A stretch of 64,000 nt of DNA from an uncultured bacterium (GCA_963749495.1 CAVVMW010000023.1:320001-384000), one strand, 5' to 3'. Positions 9,451-20,506 are shown, numbered from the stretch's first letter. Translations and numbers: made by a program. The notes: a model not told the origin generated them from the letters alone.

Positions 9451-11634
9451 ATGCCGATCGAGAAAACGGGGGATGGCAACGCCGGGGCTGGAGAGGACCA
9501 GCCCGCCCTGCGCGCCCGCACCCCGGACGCTCTGAAAGACCTCGACCGCCCGATCGAGGAGTGCGTCGCCGCCTGTTTGCCCCGTTCGCACGCCCTGCTG
9601 GAAGGGGCGCGGCACAGCCTGTTCTATTCGCTGCCGGTCGCTTTTGACCCCGCCGAGGGGGCAGGCTGTTACCTGGCCACGGTGGACCGCGACGAAGCAG
9701 GCCGGCCCTGGCGGTTCATCGATATGGGCGCGCAAATCGCCACCTGCCCGTTTGGTGAGAACGATCCCGCGCTGACCAAGGCCATCCTGGCGGCGCTGCC
9801 GGCGGTCGTCAACCGCTACGCCCACAGCGAGTACCAGACGGTCCTGTCACTGGGTTTCAAGGCAGCCCTGGATCGGCTGGCGCCGGCCGGCACGCCGCGC
9901 CACTTCGTGGTGAACACGGGGGCCGAGACGGTGGAGAACGCCATCAAGGCCGCGCTCCTGGTCAGGTCGCGCATGGCCGGGGTCAAGGAGGGGGGCGTGA
10001 TCGTCTCCTTCGAGGGCGCCTTTCACGGCAGGACTCTCGGGGCGCTGGCGGTCACTCACCGCAAGAAGGCCCGCCTGGGCTTCCCCACCTTCGATTGGCC
10101 GCAGGCGAGCTTTCCGGTCGAGGACCCGCAATCGCCCGCGTCCACGGAGCGGCGCGAGGAGCGCAGCCTCCGGCAGGTCTGGGAGATGCTCCAGGGCAAA
10201 GGGCACGGCGGACGCGAGGCCTTTGCCGAGGAACTGGGGCGGATAGACCGGTTCCTGGCCCAGCCGGCAGAGATGGGGCCGTTCGTGGCGGCTCAACGGC
10301 AACGGCTGGGCGCCGAAACCCTCAAGCGCGCCTGGCGAGTGGCGGCGGTGCTGGTCGAGCCGATTCAAGGCGAGGGTGGAGGCCGCATGGCCAGCGCGCG
10401 TTTCTTCCGGCGGCTGCGGCTGCTCACGCTGATCTACGACGTGCCGCTGCTGTTCGACGAGGTGCAGACCGGGTTCGGCGCCACCGGGCGGCTTTGGGCG
10501 CACGAGCACTTCGAGCTGCCGGCGCCGCCAGACATCGTGATGTGGGCCAAGAAGGCCCAGAACGGCGTTCTCTTCGTGAGCGAGGCGCTGGCGGTCTTTT
10601 TCCAAGAGGAGAAGAAGTTCAACACGACCTGGGAAGGGGATTCGGTCGGGATGGTGCGCGCCATGGCGTGGCTGGAGCGGCTGGATTTGGCCCAGGTGCG
10701 CCGGACCGGGTCGCTGGCCCGAGGGGCGCTGGAAGGGCTGCAGGCGCGGTATCCGGAGCTGATCCAGAAGGTGCGCGGGCTGGGGGTGATGCTGGCCTTC
10801 GATGTGGCCCGCGCCGACTGGCGGGACGTGTTGCGCGACCGGGCCTTCCGGCGCGGGCTGATCCTGTTGCCCGCAGGCGAGCGGGCGCTCCGCTTCTATC
10901 CTCGCTACGACACGCCGGAGGCGGCGATCCGGGAGGCGGTGGAGATCCTGGCCGCGTCGGTGGAGGACATCCTGGCGCATGGGGCGGCGGTGCCGCTGGG
11001 CCCACTGGTGCGCGTGGGCGCCATGACCGCGCCGCCCGAGGCAGTCGAGGTCATCGAGTTGGACGCGCGCAACTTCCCGGAGCACCGGGCCGGGGTCATG
11101 GCAGTCGAGATCGAGCGTTACGGCTCGGTTTCGCACTACCCGCCCGATGTGCTGCGCGCCGGGCGGCGGCCGCTCCTCCAGTACCCGGCCGAGGTCATCG
11201 AGGCCACCCTTTCCAACCCGCGCGCGCTGGGCCTGGCCCTGCGCTTCTCGGGTCGCATCATTGCCTATGCCGTGGGCAGCCCGCTGGAGGACCACGACGA
11301 GCAAGGCGTCCACGATGACCCTCACTATGGCGAGCACCAGACCTTCTACTTGCTGGCCATGGCCATCCATCCGTTGATCCAGAATGCCGAGGAGATCGGA
11401 GGCCGACTGCTCGAGGCCCTGCGCGCTCGAGCGGTCCGGCAAGGCTACCTGCGCCTCTCGGCGCTGATCGAGGAGGGCTGGCGCGACTGCGGCCCCGCCT
11501 GGCTGCGCGCGGCCCCCGTGCTCCGGGTGGTGGATAATTACCTGCGCAGCGGAATCCGGTTTGTCTATGTGCAGGCGGAGATAGGCCAGGAGGCAGGCCC
11601 GCCGGACCCCGGGGCACAATCGTCAGGACAATGA
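9451..11634 (+). CDS. class III PLP aminotransferase (lysine-6/GABA-transaminase-like) fused to a C-terminal GNAT-like domain
   Basis: TGAETVENAIKAA, FEGAFHGRT, PTFDWP, EPIQGEGG, DEVQTG, WAKKAQ, FNTTW; C-terminal FYLLAMAIHP...IGGRLLEALRARAVRQGYLRL. Confidence 0.85.
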   Translation: MPIEKTGDGNAGAGEDQPALRARTPDALKDLDRPIEECVAACLPRSHALLEGARHSLFYSLPVAFDPAEGAGCYLATVDRDEAGRPWRFIDMGAQIATCPFGENDPALTKAILAALPAVVNRYAHSEYQTVLSLGFKAALDRLAPAGTPRHFVVNTGAETVENAIKAALLVRSRMAGVKEGGVIVSFEGAFHGRTLGALAVTHRKKARLGFPTFDWPQASFPVEDPQSPASTERREERSLRQVWEMLQGKGHGGREAFAEELGRIDRFLAQPAEMGPFVAAQRQRLGAETLKRAWRVAAVLVEPIQGEGGGRMASARFFRRLRLLTLIYDVPLLFDEVQTGFGATGRLWAHEHFELPAPPDIVMWAKKAQNGVLFVSEALAVFFQEEKKFNTTWEGDSVGMVRAMAWLERLDLAQVRRTGSLARGALEGLQARYPELIQKVRGLGVMLAFDVARADWRDVLRDRAFRRGLILLPAGERALRFYPRYDTPEAAIREAVEILAASVEDILAHGAAVPLGPLVRVGAMTAPPEAVEVIELDARNFPEHRAGVMAVEIERYGSVSHYPPDVLRAGRRPLLQYPAEVIEATLSNPRALGLALRFSGRIIAYAVGSPLEDHDEQGVHDDPHYGEHQTFYLLAMAIHPLIQNAEEIGGRLLEALRARAVRQGYLRLSALIEEGWRDCGPAWLRAAPVLRVVDNYLRSGIRFVYVQAEIGQEAGPPDPGAQSSGQ

Positions 11635-11691
11635 CCCGGGGCCGGGGGACCTTCGTCGCAGCCTTTGTCGAAACCTTTGCCGGATCGCAAG

Positions 11692-11910
11692 GCCTCAGTG
11701 AAGGCGGCAGTGTCACGGGGGCAGACCCCTCACCCCGGCCCTCTCCCCTTCGGAAGGGGAGAGGGAGAGTTCCCGGTGGCGCTCTGAGGAAGCTCAGACG
11801 CCTGGAAGCTCGCGAGACTGCCGACGCCTCCCCCTCTCCCCTTTGGAAGGGGAGAGGGCCGGGGTGAGGGGTCCGCCCGGCACTCCATCTCCGCCCTCCC
11901 TGACCGATCC
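11692..11910. repeat. palindromic element CCCTCACCCCGGCCCTCTCCC ... GGGAGAGGGCCGGGGTGAGGG
   Basis: Long inverted repeat; family members at about 31400-31775 and 55485-55700 share the flank GGTCTGCCCCCGTGAC. Confidence 0.9.
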
Positions 11911-12105
11911 CCCCGCGTTACAAGTTCGCAACGGGGCTGCGCCGGCGCCCGTCCCTGCCGAGTGGAGGCTGGGCAGAGCGTTGTCCAGTCGAGGCCGAAG
12001 GCCTTTGTGACAAAGTGGCCGCAGACTGCAAACGCACGGCCTGGGACTGGAAGTGAATCCGCGCTCTGCTGGTAAGCTTCTGCCGGTTTGAAACTACCAA
12101 CGCAC

Positions 12106-13029
12106 ATGAAAACACTGAATTGCCTTCTCTTCGCAGCCCTTGCCGCAGGCACGGTCCCTGGCGCCGGCGCCATGAACTACACACCGACGGACCTGTTGCT
12201 GGTTTTTCGCCAGGACGGCCAAAAGGACGTTGAGTTCGATCTCGGCTCGATAACCAATTTCCTGGGAAAGCCGGCTGGGACGCGGGTCACGGTGGCCTAC
12301 GACTCGGCCACGGTGCTGGCCAACTTCAGCAGCCTGGACGGCGTCAGGTTCGGCCTGGTGGCCGCCAGCGGCCAGACTGACAGCCAGCCCCGGGTGTGGG
12401 TGACGGACGCGACGATCGCGACCGCACCGTCCGACCTGACCTACAGCGCGTTCGGCGTGTTGCGCGACAAGATCGAAAGCGTCGGCATCGCCGCGACCCT
12501 CGCCACGCTGAGCAACTCCGCCCCGTATGCGGTCTCGACCTCGTCCTCCTCATCGTACGACTACCTGGTCACCTCCGGCATCGGTTCGGCGGTGAGCACG
12601 ATGTACGGCGACTCGCCGGTCCCGATGGGGGGCGTGGTTCCGCTGCCGGTGGATGGGGCCAACCCGACAAGCCTCGCGCTCTACGAGGTGCAGGTCAGCA
12701 CGGCCAACCCGAAACCGGCCGCGACGCTGTCCGGCTCATTCACCCTCGATGCCAAGGGCGGCCTGACGTTCACCGCCGGGCAAGTGCCGCCCCTGCCGCC
12801 CACGACCATCCTGAACATCAGCGCGGACATCCAGAACAACATGAACACGATCACCTTCAACACCACCAACGGGGTCAACTACCAACTGCTCTACTCGACC
12901 GTGCTCCGGAGCAATTGGGCCCCCGTGCCCGGCGCCGGAACGGCTGCCGGCGACGGCACCGTCCAGAGCCTGACCGACTACAATCCCAGCGACGCGGCCC
13001 GTTTCTACCGCGTCCAGAGCACCTACTAA
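12106..13029 (+). CDS. secreted protein with C-terminal FYRV domain
   Basis: Signal peptide MKTLNCLLFAALAAG; DLLLVFRQ...VEFDLGS; ends ARFYRVQSTY. Confidence 0.8.
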   Translation: MKTLNCLLFAALAAGTVPGAGAMNYTPTDLLLVFRQDGQKDVEFDLGSITNFLGKPAGTRVTVAYDSATVLANFSSLDGVRFGLVAASGQTDSQPRVWVTDATIATAPSDLTYSAFGVLRDKIESVGIAATLATLSNSAPYAVSTSSSSSYDYLVTSGIGSAVSTMYGDSPVPMGGVVPLPVDGANPTSLALYEVQVSTANPKPAATLSGSFTLDAKGGLTFTAGQVPPLPPTTILNISADIQNNMNTITFNTTNGVNYQLLYSTVLRSNWAPVPGAGTAAGDGTVQSLTDYNPSDAARFYRVQSTY

Positions 13030-13086
13030 AGCCCCAACGCTCCCTCTTTTCATCACGAACTCAAAAAAACCAACGCGAACCAGAAT

Positions 13087-14172
13087 ATGAAACTGAACAG
13101 AATCCTTCTCCCGGTCCTCGCCGGCTCATTGATGAGCGGCGCGGCGCAAGCCCAGGTGCAATTGACCCTCACCGGCAGCACGTCCTTCCGCTCGATCACC
13201 TTTGATCGCGCGGGCGCGCTCTTCGATCCCGGTTTCCAGGTCAGCGGCAACACAAACGTGGGCCCGGCACCTATAGCGGCACCATGTCCAATGCCGTCCC
13301 GTCCCTGGGGCAGACCCCGGTGACGATTCGCATGAGCTTCTCGGGTTCGGGCGCGGGCATGACGGCCGTGGATGCGGCCACGCCGGTGCCGACCATCGAC
13401 CCGGTCGCGGGCACGACCAACAACCTGGCGCCCGACGTTCTCGATGTCGGACGTGTTCCCCGAGTCGGCGGCCCCGCCGCTGAACAGCGCCGATTTCGAC
13501 CAGGCCATTGTTGGCGTCATCCCGTTCGTCTGGGTGCGCAACAACGCGTTGGCCGGCATCACCAACATCACTCGCGAGCAGGCGGTTTTGCTGATGTCCT
13601 CCTCGGGCGTGGTCACCAACGGCACCCAGGTCATCCCCGGCATGCCGGCCAGTTTCCTGGGCGGCAGCAGCACCAACCCGGTCTATCTCACGGGGCGCGA
13701 CTCCGGCTCGGGCACGCGCATCACGACCCAGAAGGACATTGGTTACACGGGCGCCTCACCCAGGCTCTGGGGCCTGGACACCGCCGGCAATTTGGTCCTG
13801 ACCAACGGTTATTCCTCGGGCGGCACGGAACGGAATGTCGTCGCCAATAACCCGAACGTCATCGCCTACCTTGGCGTGGCGGACGCCGCAGCCATCGCCA
13901 GCTCGGCCTCGATCATCTCTTACGAGGGGGTTGCCTTCTCGGTCCACGCCGTTCAGAGCGGCAGTTACCCGATGTGGGGTTACGAGCATTTGGTGAGCCG
14001 CAAAGGGCTGAGCGCCAACCAGGCGGCCATTCGCAACGCCCTCGTGGCGGCCATCTCCAACCAGGGCTACCAAACCACCAACACTCTCTACACCGTCAGT
14101 TTTGTGGACCAGGCAAATATGCACGTGCGCCGGGGTACTGACGGCGGCACGATCACCTCACTCGACTTCTAA
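13087..14172 (+). CDS. secreted periplasmic-binding-protein-like (PstS-like) protein, split by two frameshifts
   Basis: Signal peptide and LTGSTSFR; SFSGSGAG; GRDSGSGTR and GSYPMWGYEH in three successive frames. Confidence 0.7.
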
Positions 14173-14190
14173 GGTGATGTCGGTCCGCAA

Positions 14191-14224
14191 GCCGGCGCCG
14201 AGAGGCGGCGCCGGCATTTTTTTT
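14191..14224 (+). terminator. intrinsic terminator
   Basis: GCCGGCGCCG-AGAGG-CGGCGCCGGC followed by ATTTTTTTT. Confidence 0.88.
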
Positions 14225-14340
14225 GTCAGATGAGTCGGTCTGGTCGGACCGGTCTGACCTGTCCGACGGGTCCCTTTCACGGGAACGTCACCTGGACGAC
14301 ATGTTCCTGTAACAAAGGTCTGTCATGGCCTTAGTAGTCG

Positions 14341-17036
14341 ATGAAGACCCTGGTGCACCTGCACGTCGAAGAGATCCTGTTGCTGCCGGGCCAGGAGTGG
14401 ATGGACGCGGCCGCGGCGTGGCATTTGGTGCGGGTCACGCGCGGGGCGGCTTACTGGCTGGGACCGGGCCGGAGCCGTTCTCTGGTTGAGGGGGAGGTGC
14501 TGGTCATTCCGCCGGCAGCGGAGGGCCTGGTGCGCGCCAGCCAGATCAACGAGGTCCTGTTGCACGGCTTCAATTTCGCCCCGGATCTGCTCTGCGGTTT
14601 CCTCACGCTGACGGAGCGCCACTACTTCGAGCAGGTCAGCGGGCAGCCGCCCGGCGAGGTCAGGTTCCTGCCCACGACCCACGCGGCGGCGGAACGGTTC
14701 GCGGCCCTGGCGGCAGCCGCCCCCGCTGCGCGGGGCCTGGCCCGGCGGGTCGAGACGTTGAACATCCTGGCCGCGGTGTTTGACGAGGAAATCGCGCGCC
14801 ACCGGATGCCCGCCTCGCGCAGCACCTCAGCGGGCCATCGCTTTGTCCAACTCATTACCCGCATGCCCGACCTGGAACTGATCAACCACGCCCCCGACGA
14901 ACTGGCCCAGCTTTGCGGGTGCAGCCCGCGCCACTTCAATCGCCTGTTCCACAAGCAGTTCGGCACCTCCGCCAGGGCACGCCAAACCGAGTTGCGCCTG
15001 CTCAAGGCGCGCCAGTTGCTCTGCGGCAGCGATGCAAAGATCATCCAGGTGGCCCTGGACTGCGGCTACCGCAACCTCGGCCTGTTCAATTCGCTGTTCA
15101 AGCGGCGGTTCGGCTTGACCCCCTCCGAATGCCGCCAAAAGGCCGCCAAAGAGACCGGCAAGGCGCGCAGTCTCATCGCCGGGCTGGCCCTGTTGCTCCT
15201 GGGCAGCGCCGCCGGCCTGGGCGCCGGGAAACCGGACGCCGCGCCCCCAGCGGCGCCTTCCACCAACGCCCCGGTCTTCGCCGTCAGGGGCTACGAATTG
15301 CAGGGCAACACGCTGCTCGCGCCGTCCATCACCGGGCCGCTGTTCCAACCGCACACCGGCCCGGCGGTCAGCCTGGACTCGATCCGCCAGGCCCTGGCCG
15401 ACCTGAAGATGGCCTACCACAACCGCGGTTATGTGACCGTGGCCGTGACCCTGCCCCCTCAGCGGCTTACCAATGGCATCGTCACGGTCCAGGTCACCGA
15501 GGGGCGCCTGGCCGAGATCAATGTCCTCAACAACCATTATTTCACCTCGAACAACGTGATGCGGGAACTGCCCTGCCTCCACACCAACCTCATCCTCAAC
15601 GCCCTGATCTTTCAGCAGGAACTGGACCGCGCCAACGCCAATCGCGACCGCCAAATCTACCCGGTCCTCTCGCCGGGCCCGAGCCGGGCACCACGCGCCT
15701 GGACCTCAAGATCAAGGACCGCCTCCCGCTTCACGCCCACATCGAGCTGAACAATTATTCGACCCCCAACACGCCCGAGTTGCGGGCCAACCATGCCCTG
15801 GTCTATGACAACCTCTGGCAGCTCAACCATCAGGCCGGCGCCCAATACTCCTTCTCCCCGGAGGCACACAAGCAGGGGAGCTACCCGTTCTACGACTCCC
15901 CGCTCATCGCCAGCTACAGCGCCTACTACCGGCTCCCGCTGGCCGGTGTCAATGGCCCCGCGCGGGCACGCGAGTATGCCTTGACCGACTTCGGCTACGA
16001 CGAGGCCACACGCCGGTTCCGCCCCCCGCCGCCCAGCGGGACCAGTGAACTGCTCTTCTTCGCCTCGCGCTCCTCTTCGGACACGGGCCAGTTGTTGCAA
16101 AGCTCGACGCTCAGCCCGGCAGTCGTGCCGCCGGCAGGCGGGCTGCAGGTCCGCGACCAACTGCTCAACCGGACGCTCAATCCGAACGAAGACCTGGGCG
16201 GGCGCTTCTCCAAACCGCTGCCGCCGGCCTGGGGCATCGGGTCGAGCGTCTCGGCCGGCCTGGACTTCAAGAACTACCGTTCCCGCTCGCTCCTGACCCG
16301 GACGTTCGGGGCGACCCTCTTCGTCCCGGAATTCGGCTCGACGGGTCCGCCCTTTGTCGAGTTCCCCTCGCCGCCGACCTCGACCTCGCAGGAGACGTTT
16401 GCCTCGGTGCATTACCTGCCGCTCTCGCTTAGTTGGGAGGCTTCTCGACCGGACCGGAGCGGGCTGACCAGTTTCACGCTCGGCCAGAGCTTCAATTGGG
16501 GCGGACTGCTCAGCGGCAAAAAAGACTTCCAGGCCGCCACCGGCTCGACCAACACCGATGGCACCTACTACGTGGTGACCGCCGGCCTGACGCGCGAACA
16601 GAAGGTCTATGGAGAATGGGGTGTGCGCCTGCACGCCGATGGCCAGTGGGCCAATGAACCGTTGATCAGCAACGAGCAGTTCAGCCTGGGCGGGCTGGCG
16701 GGCGTGCGCGGCTACCGGGACGGCGCTGAATACGGCGACACCGGCTGGCGAATCCAATTCGAGCCGCACACCCCGTACCGCAACCTGGCCTTGCTCTTCG
16801 ACAAGGTCCCAGCGGTGGGCCGTCTCTACACCTTCGTGGATTACGGCGAGCGCTACTTGATCGACCCCGGCGCACGCAAAGGGTCGGTCCCCATGCTTGG
16901 CGCCGGCGGCGGCCTGGACCTGAGCCTGGGTGAGCACGCCGACATCCACCTGGTCCTTGGGGTGCCGTTGCTCAGCACGCCGGATCGGGCCAGCGGGCGC
17001 CTGCGGGCCGAGTTTAGTCTCTCGGCGCAGTTTTAG
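14341..17036 (+). CDS. AraC-family regulator fused to a ShlB/FhaC (TpsB) POTRA plus beta-barrel transporter; one frameshift near 15680
   Basis: AraC HTH (LAQLCGCSPRHFNRLF...VALDCGYRNLGLFNSLFKRRFGLTPSECR), hydrophobic segment, POTRA (YELQGNTLL...YHNRGYVTVAV...VTEGRL), barrel with EQFSLGGLAGVRGY and terminal Phe. Confidence 0.8.
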
Positions 17037-17047
17037 AAGGACGGATC

Positions 17048-17157
17048 GGAGTGCGCCCGTCCTCGGGCGCAGCAGCGACGGAGCGGGCAGGCACGACGGA
17101 GTACTTGACCGCTGCCCTGGCTGGGGACGTTGCTGCGCCCGAGGACGGGCGCACTCC
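17048..17157. repeat. REP-like doublet GGAGTGCGCCCGTCCTCGGGCGCAGCA / inverse
   Basis: Inverted pair of palindromic units. Confidence 0.88.
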
Positions 17158-17300
17158 GGTCCGGTCCCCTGCTTTGGGGGCGGTGTCGGGTTACGCCCCA
17201 ATGACGGGTGCGCGACAAAAAAGTAACCAAAATTTGAGCAGGCCCGCCTGCTGATTGATTTTTGTTGCTATATTGTATCTAGTTAGATACAATACGCACC

Positions 17301-17687
17301 ATGACCGCTTCGCTTTCTCAGCTCGAAGACCGGCGCGAGCAGATCCTTGAACAGATCAAGGCTATCAACCGGTTGCGCCGCGGCTCCTTAAGCCGCCAAT
17401 TCTTCAAGAAACCCCGCGCTGGCTCCAAAGCCCCCCAGGGCCCTTACTACGTGCTCCAAGCCTACTTCCATGGGCAGAAGTTCGCCGAGCGCATCCCGGC
17501 CGATCAGGCCCCCCAAATCGAACCCCTTGTTGCCAATTACAGACGCTTTAGCGAACTGGCCGAGGAGTTTGTCACCGTCACCGACCAAATCACCCGCCTG
17601 AGTCAAGCCGCCCCCGACGCAAAAAAAAACTCCAGACCGAAGTCGGGCAGGAGCGATTCCGGGAAGCCAACGCCTTCATCCGGTTAG
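17301..17687 (+). CDS. IS accessory ORF (DUF6788-like), probable N-terminal part of the frameshifted transposase
   Basis: LRRGSLS...GPYY motif; A9C run at 17621-17630. Confidence 0.75.
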   Translation: MTASLSQLEDRREQILEQIKAINRLRRGSLSRQFFKKPRAGSKAPQGPYYVLQAYFHGQKFAERIPADQAPQIEPLVANYRRFSELAEEFVTVTDQITRLSQAAPDAKKNSRPKSGRSDSGKPTPSSG

Positions 17688-17713
17688 TCCAAGGGCAGTG
17701 GCAACAGCAGGGA

Positions 17714-19003
17714 GTGCGCAATCTCGAGGCGGTGGAAATTGGCCTGCGCGAGGCGCTCTTCCGCGATGCCTGTGGGATTCTGGGGGATTTGCTCAACGAC
17801 CCGGCGCTGCCGGTGCCCGAGGATCAGGGCCGCCCAGGCGAAAGGTGCCACGCCGGCCGGCCCAAGGAGCCGCTGACCCTCTTCGGGCTAGTGGCCCTAC
17901 GGCGCAACTATTACTATTGGGCGAGCCGGGAGCAAGGCCGTGCCCCGCTGGACCAGGCGCTGGGTCTGTGGGCAGGCTATTCGCCCGGGGTGCTGCGGAT
18001 CATTTGCCGCGCGGCCGCGCGCCATCCCTTCGACGTGGCGGCGGCCGAGCTCAAAGCCTATTGCGGGCTGCAGGTCGAAGGCCGCCAGATTCAGCGCATC
18101 GCTCAGGAAATGGGACCGCGGGTGCGGGCGGTCCAAGAACAATTGCCTCCCTTCAAGCATGACTCGGGCCTGATTCCCGTCATGTATATCGCCGTTGATG
18201 GCACCGGGGTTCCCATGCGGCCCGAGGAATTGGAAGGCCGTGCCGGCAAGCAACCCGATGGCTCAGCCAAGACCCGAGAGGTCAAGTTGGCTTGTGTGTT
18301 TACCCAAACCACCCTTGATGAGGAGGGATTGCCGTTGCGGGACTTTGAGTCCTCCAGCTACGTGGCAGGCTTTGAAGAGGCACCCGATTTCATGGTGCGG
18401 GCACGCCAGGAGGCCCTCCGCCGCCGTCTGCCGGCAGCGCAGGTGTCGGTGCTGCTGGGCGACGGGGCTGCCTGGATTTGGGACCACGGGGCGAAGTGCT
18501 TCCCGATGGCCTTCCAAATTCTGGACTTGTATCACGCCCTGGAACATCTCTCCGACCTGACGAAATTGCTCGAACCGGACCCTGCCGCCGCCCAGGCCCT
18601 GTGGCGAACTTGGCGCGAGCAGTTCTTGGCCGACGACGTGGAGGAAGTCCTGCGTCAAGCCCGGGAAAGGACGGGCAAACTGGCCGCTCAGACTGCTGAA
18701 TCAGCAGGCAAGCAGATCGCATACTTCGAGCACAACCAGAGCCGTATGCTCTACGCCACCTACCGCGCTTTGGGATTTTTCTACGGCTCGGGGGTGGTCG
18801 AAGCCGGCTGCAAAACGGTTATCGGCGGACGCTGCAAGTGCTCCGGCATGCTTTGGTCAGAAGAGGGAGCTACCCACGTCCTGGATTTGCGCTGCGCTCT
18901 GTATGGCAACCAATTCGACCAAGTTCTGGGATCGCTTAAACCAAAGCGATTACCTGCGAATTCGCGTTGCCAACCCCCCGGCTCAAGCCGAGGAAGCTGC
19001 GTA
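17714..19003 (+). CDS. DDE transposase (ISKra4/UPF0236-like)
   Basis: IAVDGTGVPM, LLGDGAAWIW, LDLYHALEHL, GSGVVEAGCK; probable indel near 18920 with true stop near 19003. Confidence 0.88.
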
Positions 19004-19066
19004 ATGGCACCTAATTGTTACTATTTTGTCCGGCTCCCCCCAATGACCAATGACCGACATTTCCCT

Positions 19067-19093
19067 TGACTGGCGGGCGGCGGGGGGTATTTA
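19067..19093 (+). promoter_or_regulatory. putative sigma70 promoter
   Basis: TTGACT about 15 nt upstream of TATTTA, ahead of the prepilin-like gene; spacing is suboptimal. Confidence 0.3.
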
Positions 19094-19225
19094 GATCTTG
19101 GTTCGTGAGTAATGGGGCATCCGAGGCGCGCATGTCGAGTGGCAAGCCCACCGGGTCCGCTCGACACCTGGCACTCAAGACACCCCTGTCTGGACACTTT
19201 TGAACCAAGGTCTGATTGCGTGAGC

Positions 19226-19352
19226 GTAACTGTTCAGGTCGCGCATGGGAGCGCGGACGCCCCGTCCGCGCGTTTCTTGCCGCCAGAGCCGCGCGGACGA
19301 GGCGTCCGCGCTCCTATGGAACGGCACTTTCCCCTGCGACCTGAACAGTTAC
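19226..19352. mobile_element. MITE carrying a REP doublet
   Basis: Perfect 17-bp TIR GTAACTGTTCAGGTCGC; 8-bp duplication GCGTGAGC at 19218-19225 and 19353-19360. Confidence 0.9.
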
Positions 19353-19382
19353 GCGTGAGCTAACTCATTAACGTTGGGAGTC

Positions 19383-20168
19383 ATGGACCAAATGAACACT
19401 CTGAACTCCAAGCCCGGCTCCCGCTGTGCCGGGCGGGGCGCTTTCACGCTCATCGAGTTGCTGGTGGTGATTGCCATCATCGCCATCCTGGCGGCGATGC
19501 TCCTGCCGGCGTTGGCGCGGGCAAAAGAAAATGCCAGGCGCACTCAATGCCTGAACAACCTCAAGCAATTCTGCATGGCGCTGCACATCTACGCGACCGA
19601 TAGCAAAGACAAGCTGCCCATGGCCGATGTCGGCAATTGGATTTGGGACTTGCAATGGGACGTGGGCACCACGATGGAGGCCAGTGGGGCCAAGTACAGG
19701 ATCATGTACTGTCCGGGAACCGCTCCCAGATTCACCGACCAGGACAACTACAATCTTTATTACGTATTCGCGACGAACCTCTTTCATGTCCTGGGCTACG
19801 CGATGACGCTGGACGGCACGCCATCCCTGGCACAAACCAACCGGAACCCCACCATCATCCCCTCGACCATCCCTTGGGCAGGGCATCCCTCCTTCCCCGT
19901 GCCTTCGTCCAGCGAGCGCGTGTTGGCGGCGGACGCCACGATCTCTCAGCCCTACGAAAACAGCGACAACATGGCGGTCCGGGCGACCTATAACTACACC
20001 CAGATCCAGGGCGGCTATCCAAAGCAGCACCTCACCGCGCACATGAGAGGGAAAATGCCCGCAGGGGGCAATGTGGGAATGCTCGACGGTCACGTCGAGT
20101 GGCGCAAGTTCCCCAAAATGCACGAGCGGACAGACTCCAGTTCCGGCAGCCCGGTGTTTTGGTGGTGA
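19383..20168 (+). CDS. prepilin-type N-terminal cleavage/methylation protein with H-X9-DG motif
   Basis: [25 protein letters not shown]...[20 protein letters not shown]. Confidence 0.92.
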   Translation: MDQMNTLNSKPGSRCAGRGAFTLIELLVVIAIIAILAAMLLPALARAKENARRTQCLNNLKQFCMALHIYATDSKDKLPMADVGNWIWDLQWDVGTTMEASGAKYRIMYCPGTAPRFTDQDNYNLYYVFATNLFHVLGYAMTLDGTPSLAQTNRNPTIIPSTIPWAGHPSFPVPSSSERVLAADATISQPYENSDNMAVRATYNYTQIQGGYPKQHLTAHMRGKMPAGGNVGMLDGHVEWRKFPKMHERTDSSSGSPVFWW

Positions 20169-20362
20169 TATGGGGTGAGTGTCGGACAAACACCGATGCC
20201 AGAATCGGACCGCACCGAATGGCCGGCAGATGCGGCAAGCCTCATGCTGGCAGGGTGAGAACGACCAAGCGTAAAGCGAGACCCCCGATCGGCCGGACGG
20301 CCAGGCTCGCCTTTGAAATGGACGCCATCCGGGCCGGTTGCTGCGTTGCGGCCGGGGGCCTG

Positions 20363-20506
20363 ATGAACGAGCAACCCCTCAGCGAGGCGGAGCTGGAAGA
20401 ATGCGCCCGTTTGGACGACGCGCTGGCCAAGGCCCAGCGACTGCTCAAGTGTACGGTCCGGAGCATTATGATGTCTCGACTGCAGCGCCGAAGCCGCGCC
20501 CGCTGA
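20363..20506 (+). CDS. possible small protein
   Basis: 47-aa helical ORF MNEQPLSEAELEECARLDDALAKAQRLLK with GC-rich codon use. Confidence 0.35.
   Translation: MNEQPLSEAELEECARLDDALAKAQRLLKCTVRSIMMSRLQRRSRAR

Larger units (their letters stand above)
17206..19038 (+). mobile_element. ISKra4-like insertion sequence
   Basis: TIRs GGGTGCGCGACAAAAAAGTAAC / GGGAGCCGGACAAAATAGTAAC; 9-bp duplication CCCAATGAC at 17197-17205 and 19039-19047. Confidence 0.9.

Noticed and set aside
19110..19200. Riboswitch in the prepilin-gene leader (TGTCGAGTGG...CCGCTCGACA hairpin)
   Set aside because: Only one stem is evident and no known aptamer consensus was recognised; an Rfam search is needed
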